DNA of 64,000 bases from Nitrososphaeria archaeon (GTDB taxonomy: Archaea; Thermoproteota; Nitrososphaeria; JACIWG01): assembly GCA_050011875.1 (NCBI GenBank), contig JBEKIG010000013.1:12394-76393 (forward strand). Reading direction: 5' to 3'. The notes under the pieces are model-generated. The model was not told the origin of the DNA, searched no databases, and saw only the letters and a program-made list of their open reading frames with translations. Numbering within the stretch: the stretch's first letter is position 1; each line of letters starts with the position of its first letter. This document shows, in pieces, positions 19,527 to 30,531 of this stretch. Both the position numbers and the translations under genes were made by a program.

Positions 19527-20018
19527 TCAGCCTTTGCTTTCATTTATCAATCGCTCTATGTTGTTTGCAAATTCTTCAGTAAGAGATTTCAAGTCTGATT
19601 CCTTAGCTATAAAGAAGAAGCAACAGGTTTTCTTTCCTGAACTATTTTGGTAACGTACATTTAAGTAGTAAAATCTTTGCGCTTTAGGAAATCCAAACAA
19701 ACTGTTAGGTGCAAAGCCGCTGACCATTACAGCATCTCTCACTTGCCCTATCGGAATCTCAAAGCTACCCTCGTTCTTCAAACCCTCTTCTATCCTGTTT
19801 GAGAAGTCTCCAGCATTTACCCATACCTGACTTCCTAGGAACTTCCTAGTAACTTCCTCCGGATATTTTATGTACACGAGTCTCCGATTTGTTAGGATCA
19901 GTTGACCTCTTGATGACGGCGTATCCATACCAGAGAGCTGCTCCTTCTCGTAGAATGAGGTCACAACTTTTTGCACAAAATTCTCGGACAAGGAGCTCAA
20001 AACTATTAGGTCAGGCAT
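19527..20018 (-). CDS. PH/GRAM-like domain protein
   Basis: GQLILTNRRLVY...FEIP motif. Confidence 0.55.
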   Translation of the reverse strand: MPDLIVLSSLSENFVQKVVTSFYEKEQLSGMDTPSSRGQLILTNRRLVYIKYPEEVTRKFLGSQVWVNAGDFSNRIEEGLKNEGSFEIPIGQVRDAVMVSGFAPNSLFGFPKAQRFYYLNVRYQNSSGKKTCCFFFIAKESDLKSLTEEFANNIERLINESKG

Positions 20019-20472
20019 AATTATAAATTTATCTATCCACGGTTCTCTTAGGCCTTCGGTTGACTGATAAGGGTGTCAACGTTCTTTAATCCATTCTTAA
20101 CCTCCTCTGCCTTTGTCTTCTCCCTTCATCTTTCCATTCTAGAAATTCTTCTATCGTCATAAACAACCATTCAAGTTCCTTAAGCAATTTAAGACCGCTC
20201 AAGACATAGTAGAACTTCTCAAATCCTCCTTTTCTAAGTATTTCGAATATTACGCTGCTGTTAAGTTTTTCAAAATGGGATAATGTCTAGAAGAGTTTTA
20301 TTCTATCATTGTTTTTGTGATTTGGGAAAATCGATGCGCACCCATGTCATGTAATCTAAAGGCAGCTGAGTGGACACTGAAGGCAGATCCCTTTTGTAAA
20401 TCTGGAACCGGATCGATGGCATAGGTTCTAGTGACCTCCCGGAAGATTAATAAATTAATTAATTGCTAGCAA

Positions 20473-21843
20473 ATGGAAGTAATTAAAATGGATAAGATCA
20501 GAATTGGTTTCGTTCCAGGAAAAAGGGATAGTAGTTGGTATAGCGATGAATGGGCTAGAGATATGAAGCAACGCACACTGGGAGCTCTCTCAAAGATAAA
20601 GGGTTTAGAGATAGTCACTCCAGATGAGAAACTGACTCGAGCAGGAATGGTACGGAACGATGACGACGCAAGGAAAGTCATCCAGCTATTCAAAGAAAAG
20701 GAAGTATCAGGGATTCTCATAGGAGGAATGGACTTCTCAGACGAAATCTCAGCCTGCATGGTTCCCGCGGCCTTCCCAAGCGTTCCTGTTTTAGTCTTCG
20801 CCACCGAAGAGTCACCCAAAGTCCCCCTACCGACCATGACAGTTCAGACAAGCGACTCCTTCTGCGGCACCCTTTCCATAGCCTCAGGACTATATCGAAG
20901 GAAGATTCCCTATCTCTTCTATGGTGTATGTAATCCTGAAGACCAACCATTCGTTGAATATGTTGAGAATTTTGTCCGCGCCTGTGCTGTAGTAAAGAAC
21001 TTCCGTGGGACATACATTGGTCAAATAGGTACAAGGCCGCCTGACTTTGAAACCTGCTCCATCGACGAGCTAATTCTGCTTTCAAAGTTCGGGATTAGAG
21101 TAGTACCAATTTCCCCCCAAACAATATTGTCTACAGCGAATAGTTTAAAAGATGACGACCCCGACGTGGTTAAGGTTCTCGAGGATACCAAGAATGGGGC
21201 GGATACATCTGCTGTGCCTACAGAACAACTTAAGAAAATGGCAAAGATCGAGATTGCAATAAAACGTTGGGTTGACCATAAGAAGCTTTCAGGATCAGGC
21301 ATCAGTGGGGATCTGTGGCCAACAGGATACATCGAAGGTAGACTGATAGACCAAGGTATCATGATGGGGTTCGAAACCGATGTGATGGGCTGTCTCACAA
21401 TGCTAATGCAGTACTCTGCATCAATAAATACGAAGTCTGTGTTCCTGATAGACTGGACCCTCAAGCATCCGGAGAAGAAGAATGTCTTCCTCGTATGGCA
21501 TGTAGGAAACGCCCCCCCTTCAATGGCGGTGGGGAAGGTCATATTAGATCAGAGTGGTATGCCCCACTTCAAGCTTAGGCCAGGAGTGGTCACCTTCAGC
21601 AGACTCGTCGAGTACGATGGGAACTTTAAAATGTTGCTCTCTAAAGGGAATCTTCTAGAGATTGGGGAGAGACATGAGGCAAGGTTCACATGGGCTTGGG
21701 CCGAGGTAGAGGATCTCGCTAGGTTGTACACGACCATAGGTAGAGAAGGATTCATCCATCACGCGGCAATGATCTATGGCGACTACACTCAGGCCATTAA
21801 GGATGCATGTTTCTTTCTAGGTATCCAAGTAGTGGAAGCCTGA
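20473..21843 (+). CDS. L-fucose/L-arabinose isomerase family protein (copy 1)
   Basis: SDSFCG, IGTRPPDF, ETD, WHVG, PGVVTFSRL and GFIHH motifs. Confidence 0.85.
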   Translation: MEVIKMDKIRIGFVPGKRDSSWYSDEWARDMKQRTLGALSKIKGLEIVTPDEKLTRAGMVRNDDDARKVIQLFKEKEVSGILIGGMDFSDEISACMVPAAFPSVPVLVFATEESPKVPLPTMTVQTSDSFCGTLSIASGLYRRKIPYLFYGVCNPEDQPFVEYVENFVRACAVVKNFRGTYIGQIGTRPPDFETCSIDELILLSKFGIRVVPISPQTILSTANSLKDDDPDVVKVLEDTKNGADTSAVPTEQLKKMAKIEIAIKRWVDHKKLSGSGISGDLWPTGYIEGRLIDQGIMMGFETDVMGCLTMLMQYSASINTKSVFLIDWTLKHPEKKNVFLVWHVGNAPPSMAVGKVILDQSGMPHFKLRPGVVTFSRLVEYDGNFKMLLSKGNLLEIGERHEARFTWAWAEVEDLARLYTTIGREGFIHHAAMIYGDYTQAIKDACFFLGIQVVEA

Positions 21844-22152
21844 GTTAGAACTGGGTTAACAACATTCAACTGGACACAAACAACTTAGTAGTAAAAACCA
21901 AAAGCATCATATAACATGATACAGATTGTGACTCAACTCACAATCTGCAGAGTCATTTCTATAGATTTCTTGCTGAAGAGCTTGATTGATAAACAATGCA
22001 TGCGCGTTCTTAAGTCTCTGTCTTTTAAGAAGTCTAATAGCTGAAGATTCTTCTATTAGCTTATTCTGTTTTAATATAACCCAAATTTGGTCCTAGAAGG
22101 GTATCCAAACCTTAATTTAGTAGTGGTGAACAACTATAGAGAAGAAGGAAAT

Positions 22153-22527
22153 ATGTCAATCTTAGGATTAAGTCATTTCATGATACAAGCCAAAGACCTG
22201 AAGGCAACCTTGCATTTTTACAGTAAGGTCATGGGGTTACCAGTCCTACGCATAACAGGTACCGAGGATAATCCCCAATTCCTGATCTTCAGGGACATAG
22301 AGATCTCCCAGCGAAAGGGCATGGCAACAATCCCTGATCCGGACACAGCGTCAATTCTCCATATAGCATTCTACGTCGATAACATCGAGGAGATCGTTAA
22401 GCAGATGACAAAGAAGGGTGCTGAGTTCTTTGTCCCGATAACTCTGAACAAGGATGGAAGCAAGTGGGCTATATGTCGGGACCCCGATGGTAATAGGATA
22501 GAAGTTACTACTGCCCCTCACTTTTAG
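22153..22527 (+). CDS. VOC/glyoxalase family protein
   Basis: GLSH, FYSKVMGL, HIAFYV and RDPDGNRIE motifs. Confidence 0.88.
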   Translation: MSILGLSHFMIQAKDLKATLHFYSKVMGLPVLRITGTEDNPQFLIFRDIEISQRKGMATIPDPDTASILHIAFYVDNIEEIVKQMTKKGAEFFVPITLNKDGSKWAICRDPDGNRIEVTTAPHF

Positions 22528-22736
22528 AATAAAACTTCTTAATAATCCATCGCAACGAAGCCTTTTCTATTATGCTTTGGCATCCTCAGCCCACTCTTCT
22601 CATCCTGCTTAGTCTATTTCACCCTCTCTTATTATTTCATTTTCTTCCAATTCTCTTAAACTCTGTACACCATATTTAAGCCTGTAATTAGTGCACTTAT
22701 CCCCGCGCTGGGCCCACTTACTATTATAGTAATTGT

Positions 22737-23365
22737 GAAATTTATTAGCTTTAAGATATTTCCTTGATTACCGCTGTGTCTTCATCATTAGATTTATGGA
22801 TGATCTCTACACGATACCTATCCTTGGGTATCTCATCAACCATTTTTCGTACTCCTGAGAAATCGTAGTTGTGGACAAAGACCGCCGTTTTACCTTGCAT
22901 GAGAAGCCTTGAGCACATCCAATCGTTGTAGGCTTCACTGTAGGATTTGCCTGCGTCGATGAATATCAGGTCCATTTTAGGTAAAGCTTTGACGGACCTG
23001 GGAAGAGTATCCGCGGTATCACCCTTGAAAAGCCTAAACTTACACCCTGTCCCCTCAAGCTTTTCCTCTATCTGTTCTAAACTGTAGTTACTGAAAAAGT
23101 CGAACCCGTAATACTCCACCTCTTCGGGCGGAAGATTTTCTATGGCAGCTTCAACCATGGCTTTTGCGTTTTCACCGTTTAAGACACCGATCTCCATGAT
23201 CCTCCTACAGCAGTTCCTGCGGATATACTCGTTAAGGAATGAATGTGATCCATACCAAGGCAAAGTTGACTTCGTCCTTCCTAGTAAATACTAAAAATCT
23301 GTATCCTTTAAGTCTTATCTGAGATAGGCAGCTCAGATTAGAAGTGGGAAATTTATTAGCTTTAA
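22737..23365. repeat. 18-bp direct repeat GAAATTTATTAGCTTTAA bracketing a methyltransferase gene
   Basis: Identical copies at 22737-22754 and 23348-23365. Confidence 0.7.
22751..23263 (-). CDS. Class I SAM-dependent methyltransferase (Methyltransf_24-like)
   Basis: IMEIGVLNG, YYGFD and DLIFIDAG motifs. Confidence 0.8.
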   Translation of the reverse strand: MPWYGSHSFLNEYIRRNCCRRIMEIGVLNGENAKAMVEAAIENLPPEEVEYYGFDFFSNYSLEQIEEKLEGTGCKFRLFKGDTADTLPRSVKALPKMDLIFIDAGKSYSEAYNDWMCSRLLMQGKTAVFVHNYDFSGVRKMVDEIPKDRYRVEIIHKSNDEDTAVIKEIS

Positions 23366-23461
23366 AATCGATTATTTAAATCATGAATTAGCACTTTTTG
23401 ATGTTATTATTAGCCTATGATCAAGACATTTTGGTAACAACCTAGCGAAGAATGGGTTAGT

Positions 23462-24504
23462 TTACTTTTGAAGTCTCTTATGAATAGCAGTCAACAGCTC
23501 CATTTCCGTCATTGGTTGGAAGTCGGCGCCAAAGCGCTCTTTGGCTATTTCGTAGACCGTTTGATTAATAGGCATTATAAGCCCAGCTTTTTGAGCGAGG
23601 GTCAGCATGTATACCCGTTGAGGGATTCAAGTTCGGTGTTGGTTTTGCCCGCTAAGAGGTCCTGCGCGGTGCTATTCAGGCCCAGTTCTTCACGCACTGC
23701 CAACCTGTAGAAGACGCTGGTAACGGATCTTGGGAGCATGGCGCTCATTCTGATGACACTCCAAGATGGGATATTGCCGAGCTCGTGTTCCTTAAACCCG
23801 GCTGCCTTAATAACTTGGATTCCTTCCCAGATGAGCCTTACGGACATATGTGTAAGGGCGTCGAAGGACCTAAGAGGCCACTCTTGGAATCCTATTAGAG
23901 CAGCCAAAGCGTTTGTTAGGTTGATCGCTAATTTACAATGGACTGCGTCTTCCAAGCGGTTCGTAATATTGCAATCCAATCCCAATCGCAGGATGGCTGC
24001 GACCTGCTGCTGTTCGGTCTGAAGGTCGTTCCTTAGAGTGCCGAGGGTGATGTATCCCCGTTTTTGGTGTCCTACTCTCCCGGGTCCATCTCGCCACGCG
24101 TTGAAACATACCACGCCGTAAATGACCTTTGTAAAAAATCTGGGAAGAATCCGCTGATTTTCTACACCGTTCTGTAAAGCAACAACAATCGGTTGATGGG
24201 ACCCAAGTTGTTCCCGAAGTCCCGCAGCTGTCGCTTCAAGGTCGTAGTTTTTAACGGTGATTACAATTATGTCTGGAGGCGAAATCTCGTCTAACGATTC
24301 AACGATTTTGACAGAGATTGGAGCAGCATTGGCTTGTTCGCCTTTGAGGTAGAACTTTAATCCTTCATTCCTGATAACCTCGGCGCTCTCTCCCCGTGCG
24401 AGCAAGAATAACCTATCATACTTCGGCGAAATCCATCCGGTCACGCTCGAACCGATGGCGCCCGCTCCCACAACCACAAAACTGAGTTTTTCATCCAACG
24501 ACAT
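23462..24504 (-). pseudogene. panE: Ketopantoate reductase (PanE/ApbA) family, frameshifted near the C-terminus
   Basis: GAGAIG, VK, LQNG and ELESLNGY motifs. Removing 2 nt (a TA duplication near 23610) restores ...LNGYMLTLAQKAGLIMPINQTVY...LQK with a stop at 23462. Confidence 0.8.
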
Positions 24505-24756
24505 CGACGTTTAATGTATCTTCGGAAATAACGTTAATAAACTTGGGGACATTGCAGGTGAACAGATGCGTTTTGATTTTTGCTCACTGAACTTTGGGTT
24601 CTCCTATAATGCGATAACTTGCATCTTTTTTAGGTTTGCAGATCAAGGTTAAAGTAGGTATTACATTTGTATATATATTACATACTTACCTTTACACAAT
24701 CTTACAATATATTTGATACTATTATTGTAATTGCGAAATTTCTTGGCTTAAATCGG

Positions 24757-25572
24757 TTACTTACTGATACCTGAAAGGGCCTGTCTGACTATAGGCATTT
24801 TTTCTTTTATCCATCCATATAGAATTTGAAGATCAGTACCATTGCAGAAGTCCATAACCCCTAGGTCGGTATACTTCTGAACTTCTTCTTTAGTGAACTT
24901 AGTGCCCAACTCAACTCTTGGTCTAATTCCCATTTTGATAGCTGTCTTGATGGTTTTAAGTTCAGCCTCCTTTACCTTTGGATGGTTGAATTCACCTGCG
25001 ATGCCTAAACTTATCGAATAATCGCACGGGCCGAATTGGACCATGTCTATTCCCTTAAGTGATAGTATTTCTTCCAAATTGTCAACTGCAGATTTTTTTT
25101 CAATCATAAATGCAATTACTGTTTCATTCATAGCTTTAACAAATTCTTTAGAGCCGCCTTCAAGCCCGTAGTTCGCGCTTCTTCTTGAATTGCAACCGTG
25201 AACTCCTTTGTCTTCTGGAGTCTCCATTTTAACAGCCTTAATACATTCTTCACCCTCTGCGACATTTCTGACATCAGCAAATAGTAGATTTTGTATGCCT
25301 GAGCCCAATGCTCTCGTTGCTAAGAATGTTTTTGGCTGTTGGTCAATTTTCATCATAGACGACATTCCCATCAAATCACAGGCTCTTGCGATATTTTCTA
25401 GACTGAACAGATCAAACGGCGCGTATTCTCCGACAAATTCTATGTAGTCGATTTCTTTTGCAGCCCCAATTATTTCTACTACACCTGGCCAAGTGTTAAG
25501 TATATGTGTTCCTAATGTTGGCTTGCCTTGTTTTATTAATTCCCTAAGCTTATTGTTCTTCAAATTAAACAC
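24757..25572 (-). CDS. HpcH/HpaI aldolase family
   Basis: MIEKKSAVDNLEEI and QFGPCDYSISLG motifs. Confidence 0.88.
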   Translation of the reverse strand: MFNLKNNKLRELIKQGKPTLGTHILNTWPGVVEIIGAAKEIDYIEFVGEYAPFDLFSLENIARACDLMGMSSMMKIDQQPKTFLATRALGSGIQNLLFADVRNVAEGEECIKAVKMETPEDKGVHGCNSRRSANYGLEGGSKEFVKAMNETVIAFMIEKKSAVDNLEEILSLKGIDMVQFGPCDYSISLGIAGEFNHPKVKEAELKTIKTAIKMGIRPRVELGTKFTKEEVQKYTDLGVMDFCNGTDLQILYGWIKEKMPIVRQALSGISK

Positions 25573-25844
25573 CGATTAAAGATTGGATGTAGCTTATATA
25601 AATATATATAAGTAAACGTCCAAAAGAAATAAAAGTCTCAAGGCAATAATCATTAGAATATTGAGACACATGACATCGTTGAACATCCTATAAAAGACAA
25701 ATTGAGTGAAGGAGATTACAACTATCTGCATCAGATAGAGAACCTAGCTGATTAATAAAAAAGTAGGAGGTCAGATGAAAGAACAGCACTTGAAGGAAAT
25801 CTCAGGATTAGAAGCATTCTTGCAATCTTGAGCGAAATGCATGT

Positions 25845-26966
25845 TTATTTATTATCTCGATATTTTTCCAGTGCTCTATTGTTCAGTACCATGCCAAGCC
25901 CTGGTCTGTTTGATACTTTTACGTAGCCTTTTTCTGCTCTGATCTGCATATCTACAAGCTCATTTCTTAATGGCGTTTCATACACAGGGAATTCTATGAA
26001 TGGGCTGTTCGATAGCGAACATATGACATGGAGATTTGCGGCAAGTCCGAAAGCTGGTACTGACGAACAAGAAATGTGGGGTATACATTTTATTCCCCAA
26101 ACGCTAGCCATCGTACCCACCTTCTTACATTCAAGGATTCCTCCTACCGAAGTGGCGTCTGGTTGAACAACGTCAACGGCCTGTTTGGAGAGCAATTCAC
26201 CGTATTCATATCTGGTAAAAAAGCATTCCACTCCTGAAAGTGGGATATCTATCTTATTTTTCAGATTCAGCATTTCTCTGACATATTCCTCAACGCTATG
26301 CGCTTTGACAGGCTCTTCGAACATGCTTACTTCATATCTCGAATACTTTTTGGCCATTTCAACAGCTTGATTATGGTCGTAGGCCATATTACCGTCAACA
26401 AAAAGCTCAACTCCATTGTCAACCTCCTCTCTAACGCCCTTAACGATCTCTATATCTTTGTTTAGACCTAGTCCTGTTCTTAGTTTTATTGCGGTATAGC
26501 CTTGTTCGACAAACTCTTTACATTCCTTCCTGATTATTTTAGGTTCCTTTAGACTTGGTGCAGCATATGCTCTTACGGAATTTTTATATCCACCAAGTAT
26601 TTTGTATACAGGTTTCCAACAAGCCTTTCCGATGATATCCCATAATGCATTCTCTATTCCACTAATAGCGTATGTTTCAAAACCTCTCCTACCCCACATA
26701 TGGGTAACATCATACATCTCCTGCCAGATAGATTCGACGTCAAAAGGATCTCGCAATAGAACTACCGATTTCAACTTTTCAACTTGGGGCTTGATGAAGG
26801 GTTCATAGGTTGAGCTAAACCCTGCTTCACCAACGCCCTCAATATTATCGTCAGTTTCTACTCGCACAAGAGTACTCCCAAGAACTGGCACCTTCATTGC
26901 ACCCCACCTTAATGGCGAACCTAATTTCTATGAGACAGATATTATCTCAATATTCGAAATTTTCAA
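25845..26966 (-). pseudogene. Mandelate racemase/enolase-superfamily dehydratase with an in-frame TAG at codon 13
   Basis: KLR, VDGN, FEEP and QPD...GGI motifs. The canonical N-terminus MKISNIEIISVS*KLGSPLRWGA from TTG 26966 is in frame with ATG 26897. Confidence 0.75.
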
Positions 26967-27106
26967 ACACAATACCTATTGTAACCTAGTTTTAATCACA
27001 TATTTACGATTTTACAAATTTATCACCGCTTCTTATAGCTTAGTTTATACCCCACCGGTTGCAGTAAAATTCAAATAGATGAATTAAACAGAAAAATAGA
27101 GTTCAA

Positions 27107-29090
27107 ATGACAGGTTGGATTCGTGAAGAGGAAAAAACTCTTATGTGGAAAATGAATCATGAAACGGTGCGCATACAGGCTTGGGGAGAAGACGGAATCA
27201 GAGTACGTGCAACTAAAACGCCTCAGATAAACGACTTGAATTATGCTCTCCTAGATATGCCAGCCTCTAAATCTCATATTGAAGTTGCTGATGATGTAGC
27301 AACTCTCGATAATGGTAAAATAAGGGCAGAAATTTCCATGAACGGCCTTATTCGTTTCTTTAAAGAAACCAATAAAGTTTTGTTAGAAGAGTATGCCTTT
27401 GGCCCTTATTTATATCCTGCCAGACGTTACAAGGCTAGAAGTAGTGATCTATTTGAATTGCAAGTGGCGTTTAAAGCCTACGATGATGAACGGTTTTATG
27501 GCTTAGGTCAGCACCAACATGGTTTTCTCAATCAAAAGGGTTGTGTAATCGAACTCTCCCAACGTAATAGCGAGGTATCTATCCCATTCTTGCTTTCAAG
27601 CCGTGGTTACGGCTTTCTATGGAACAATCCAGCTATAGGGCGGGTTGAACTTGGAATGAGTAACACTAAATGGATTGCTGATGCCGCAAGGCAAATTGAT
27701 TATTTCATTACAACCGGTAATTCATTTGCGGAAATAATGAAAAAATATGGTGGATGCCACAGGCCATTCTCCAATGATTCCTGAATGGGCGGCTGGTTTC
27801 TGGCAGAGCAAGCTGCGTTATAAGACGCAAGATGAATTATTATCAGTAGCTCTCGAATATAAGCGTCGCGGTTTACCGCTATCCGTCATTGTCACAGATT
27901 TCTTTCACTGGACTGTCCAAGGGGACTGGAAGTTTGACCCCGTCTCTTGGCCTGACCCCGCTAAAATGGTGCAAGAGCTGGAGGGGATGGGGGTTAAGCT
28001 CATGGTATCAATTTGGCCTACTGTAAATGAAAATAGTGTCAACTATAAAGAGATGAATGAACGGGGACTGTTAGTTAGTACTGAACGAGGTGTTCGTGCC
28101 CTCCGTTCTTTCTTTGATAATAGACCGGAAGGACCAATTTACGTATACCTTTATGATCCAACCAATCCAAATGCTAGGAAATTCATATGGGAACAAGTCA
28201 AGCAAAACTACTACCTGAATGGTGTTAGGGTCTGGTGGTTGGACTTATGCGAGCCTGAACTTGAAGATGCGCATGATTACGACAATTTGCGATACTTTCT
28301 TGGCAACGGTCTAGAGGTTGGCTGCATTTATCCATTAATGCACGAGCAAGCGTTTTACGAGGGCATGAAGTCGGAGGGAGAAAATGAAATCATACTCCTA
28401 TGCAGATCAGCTTGGGCTGGAAGCCAACGTTATGCGGCTGCTGTCTGGTCAGGTGACATACAGTCTACTTTTGAAGCCTTGAGGACTCAGGTCAAGGTTG
28501 GAATGAATATCGGCTTAAGTGGAATTGCATGGTGGACCACCGATATTGGAGGATTCTCTAATGGGGACATAAGAACTCCGTATTTCCGCGAGCTTATCGT
28601 ACGTTGGTTCCAATTTGGTGTTTTCTGCCCAATATTCCGGTTGCATGGCTTTCGGGAACCAAAGACTTCGGAGCCGCTCAACCGAGTAACCGGCGCGCCA
28701 AACGAGGTTTGGTCTTTCGGTGAGGAAGCATACAAGATTATCAAGGAAATGCTCTTTCTTAGGGAGAGATTGCGACCATATATAATTGAACAGATGCGTC
28801 GTGCACACTTAAATGGTACTCCAGTTATGCGACCTCTTTTCTTCGATTTCGCTGAGGATGAGTATTGTTGGTCTATAGAGGACGAGTTTCTGTTTGGCTC
28901 TGACCTCCTTGTAGCGCCAATATTAGAATATGGGGCAAGATGCCGTGACGTGTATTTGCCAGCTGGGACGACTTGGACTGATGCATGGACGGATGAGAAG
29001 ATTGATGGCGGTAGACATATAAAAAGGGAAGTTCCGCTTGAAATAATTCCTCTTTATTTGAGAGGAAGCGCATCCTTGCCCATTAGGTAA
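27107..29090 (+). pseudogene. GH31 glycosidase (alpha-xylosidase/glucosidase) split by a 1-nt insertion
   Basis: ORFs 27107-27784 and 27747-29090. FYGLGQ, GFWQSK, WLDLCEP, WSGD, TDIGGF and RLHG motifs. Removing one G at 27749-27750 gives KYVDATG. Confidence 0.85.
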
Positions 29091-29571
29091 ATCACCCACC
29101 CTAAATGAAAATTTCGTACTTTTGCGCTTTAGCGCATAGATGCTTTAGCATAATGGCTCGTTCATATCTTCTTAGCGGATTCCCTTCTAACAGTTTTAAT
29201 AATGATTTTTTGATTTATTAGATAAGATACATTTTTGGTAATCTGCCAAACCTAGAAGGACAAGATACGCTGTTTTATTAGGAGTAAGGAAACTGCGAAG
29301 GGAATCGTTAGAAAGAAGAAATCACACAATCCATAACCATTATAAAACTTTAATAATTACAAGAATAGTTTTACAAAGTTGACACAGGTATAAGATTAAC
29401 TAGATCCAAAGTTCTATTAAATGCATCATTGCTCAAAATCTAAAAATATTTTAAAATAATGGGATTTAAAATCTAAAATTATGTATTTGTGCACATGTTT
29501 TTAGCTTTCAAGTGCGAAGGAAAAACTCTAGCTAAAAACTTATATAAAAGAGATAGACATACTGACGACAT

Positions 29572-30531
29572 ATGAAACTGGCAGACCTGTCTACCGAGTT
29601 TACAATAATCATAATGATCGTCGGGTGCGTTGCCGTTGTTACTTATATTGAACCTTCATTTTTTAGCTATGCCACATTTGTTGTTGTCGCATTTACATCT
29701 GCAGAGCTAGGTTTTATTGCGTTAGGCATATCACCCCTAATAGCAACAGGGGAAATAGACCTCTCTGCAGCAGCGGTTCTCACGCTTACTCTGTGGGTGT
29801 ACGACGGTTTTGCCACGGGTTTAAGCTTTTCACTACCCTATGGCCTGATAGTACCTCTATTAGTCGCAATATCCATTGGCTTTATTCAAGGATACATTTG
29901 CTTAAAGATGCGTATACCAGCCTTTATTGTAACCTTTGTGGGAATGATAGTATGGGAAGGGATAGAGGTAGCTATCACGGGTGGATACAATTCAGGTTAT
30001 ACGGGTATTACCACTGGCTTGTTTTCAAAAGTCCTCAGTGGTTATATAGGAAAGGTTCCTCTTGAATTCGTATGGTTCGTCGTCTTGACGGCTATCTTTG
30101 CGGTCATAATTACCAGGACCCCATTCGGTAGTCATGTGCTTGCTGTCGGAGGCAATGAGACAGTTGCCAGAAACCTAGGAGTTCGAGTCGATAGAACCAA
30201 GGTACTCTGCTTCATGATCTCTGCGTTGATGGCAGGTGTGACAGCTATCTTTTTCTTTAACCGCCAATTTTATGTATCGTCAACTGTGTATACCCAGGCT
30301 CCATTGTTCGCGATATGTGCTAGCGTAGTGGGTGGAAATAGGGCAGGGCATGCCAATATGGTAGGAGCAGCTTTAGCCTCGATACTCGTTATAATTATTC
30401 AAGAAGGAATGGTTATGGCTGGTGTACCTTCAACTTTGTACATGGCTGCGGTCGGTATAGTCCTTGTTATATTCGCGACCATTCACGTCAAGGCGCGAAA
30501 GTTCTCTTGGGCGATGGTGAGGAGAAAATGA
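29572..30531 (+). CDS. Sugar ABC transporter permease (RbsC-like)
   Basis: GEIDLS and AVGGN...ARNLGV motifs. Confidence 0.9.
   Translation: MKLADLSTEFTIIIMIVGCVAVVTYIEPSFFSYATFVVVAFTSAELGFIALGISPLIATGEIDLSAAAVLTLTLWVYDGFATGLSFSLPYGLIVPLLVAISIGFIQGYICLKMRIPAFIVTFVGMIVWEGIEVAITGGYNSGYTGITTGLFSKVLSGYIGKVPLEFVWFVVLTAIFAVIITRTPFGSHVLAVGGNETVARNLGVRVDRTKVLCFMISALMAGVTAIFFFNRQFYVSSTVYTQAPLFAICASVVGGNRAGHANMVGAALASILVIIIQEGMVMAGVPSTLYMAAVGIVLVIFATIHVKARKFSWAMVRRK

Noticed and set aside
23468-23710. Plus-strand 80-aa ORF
   Set aside because: Antisense shadow of the frameshifted panE tail.
29437-29485. Operator-like ATCTAAAATTAT upstream of the permeases (similar weak hits near 148, 41465 and 59945)
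   Set aside because: Partial matches in AT-rich DNA, without the paired 32-bp spacing or CTATATC.
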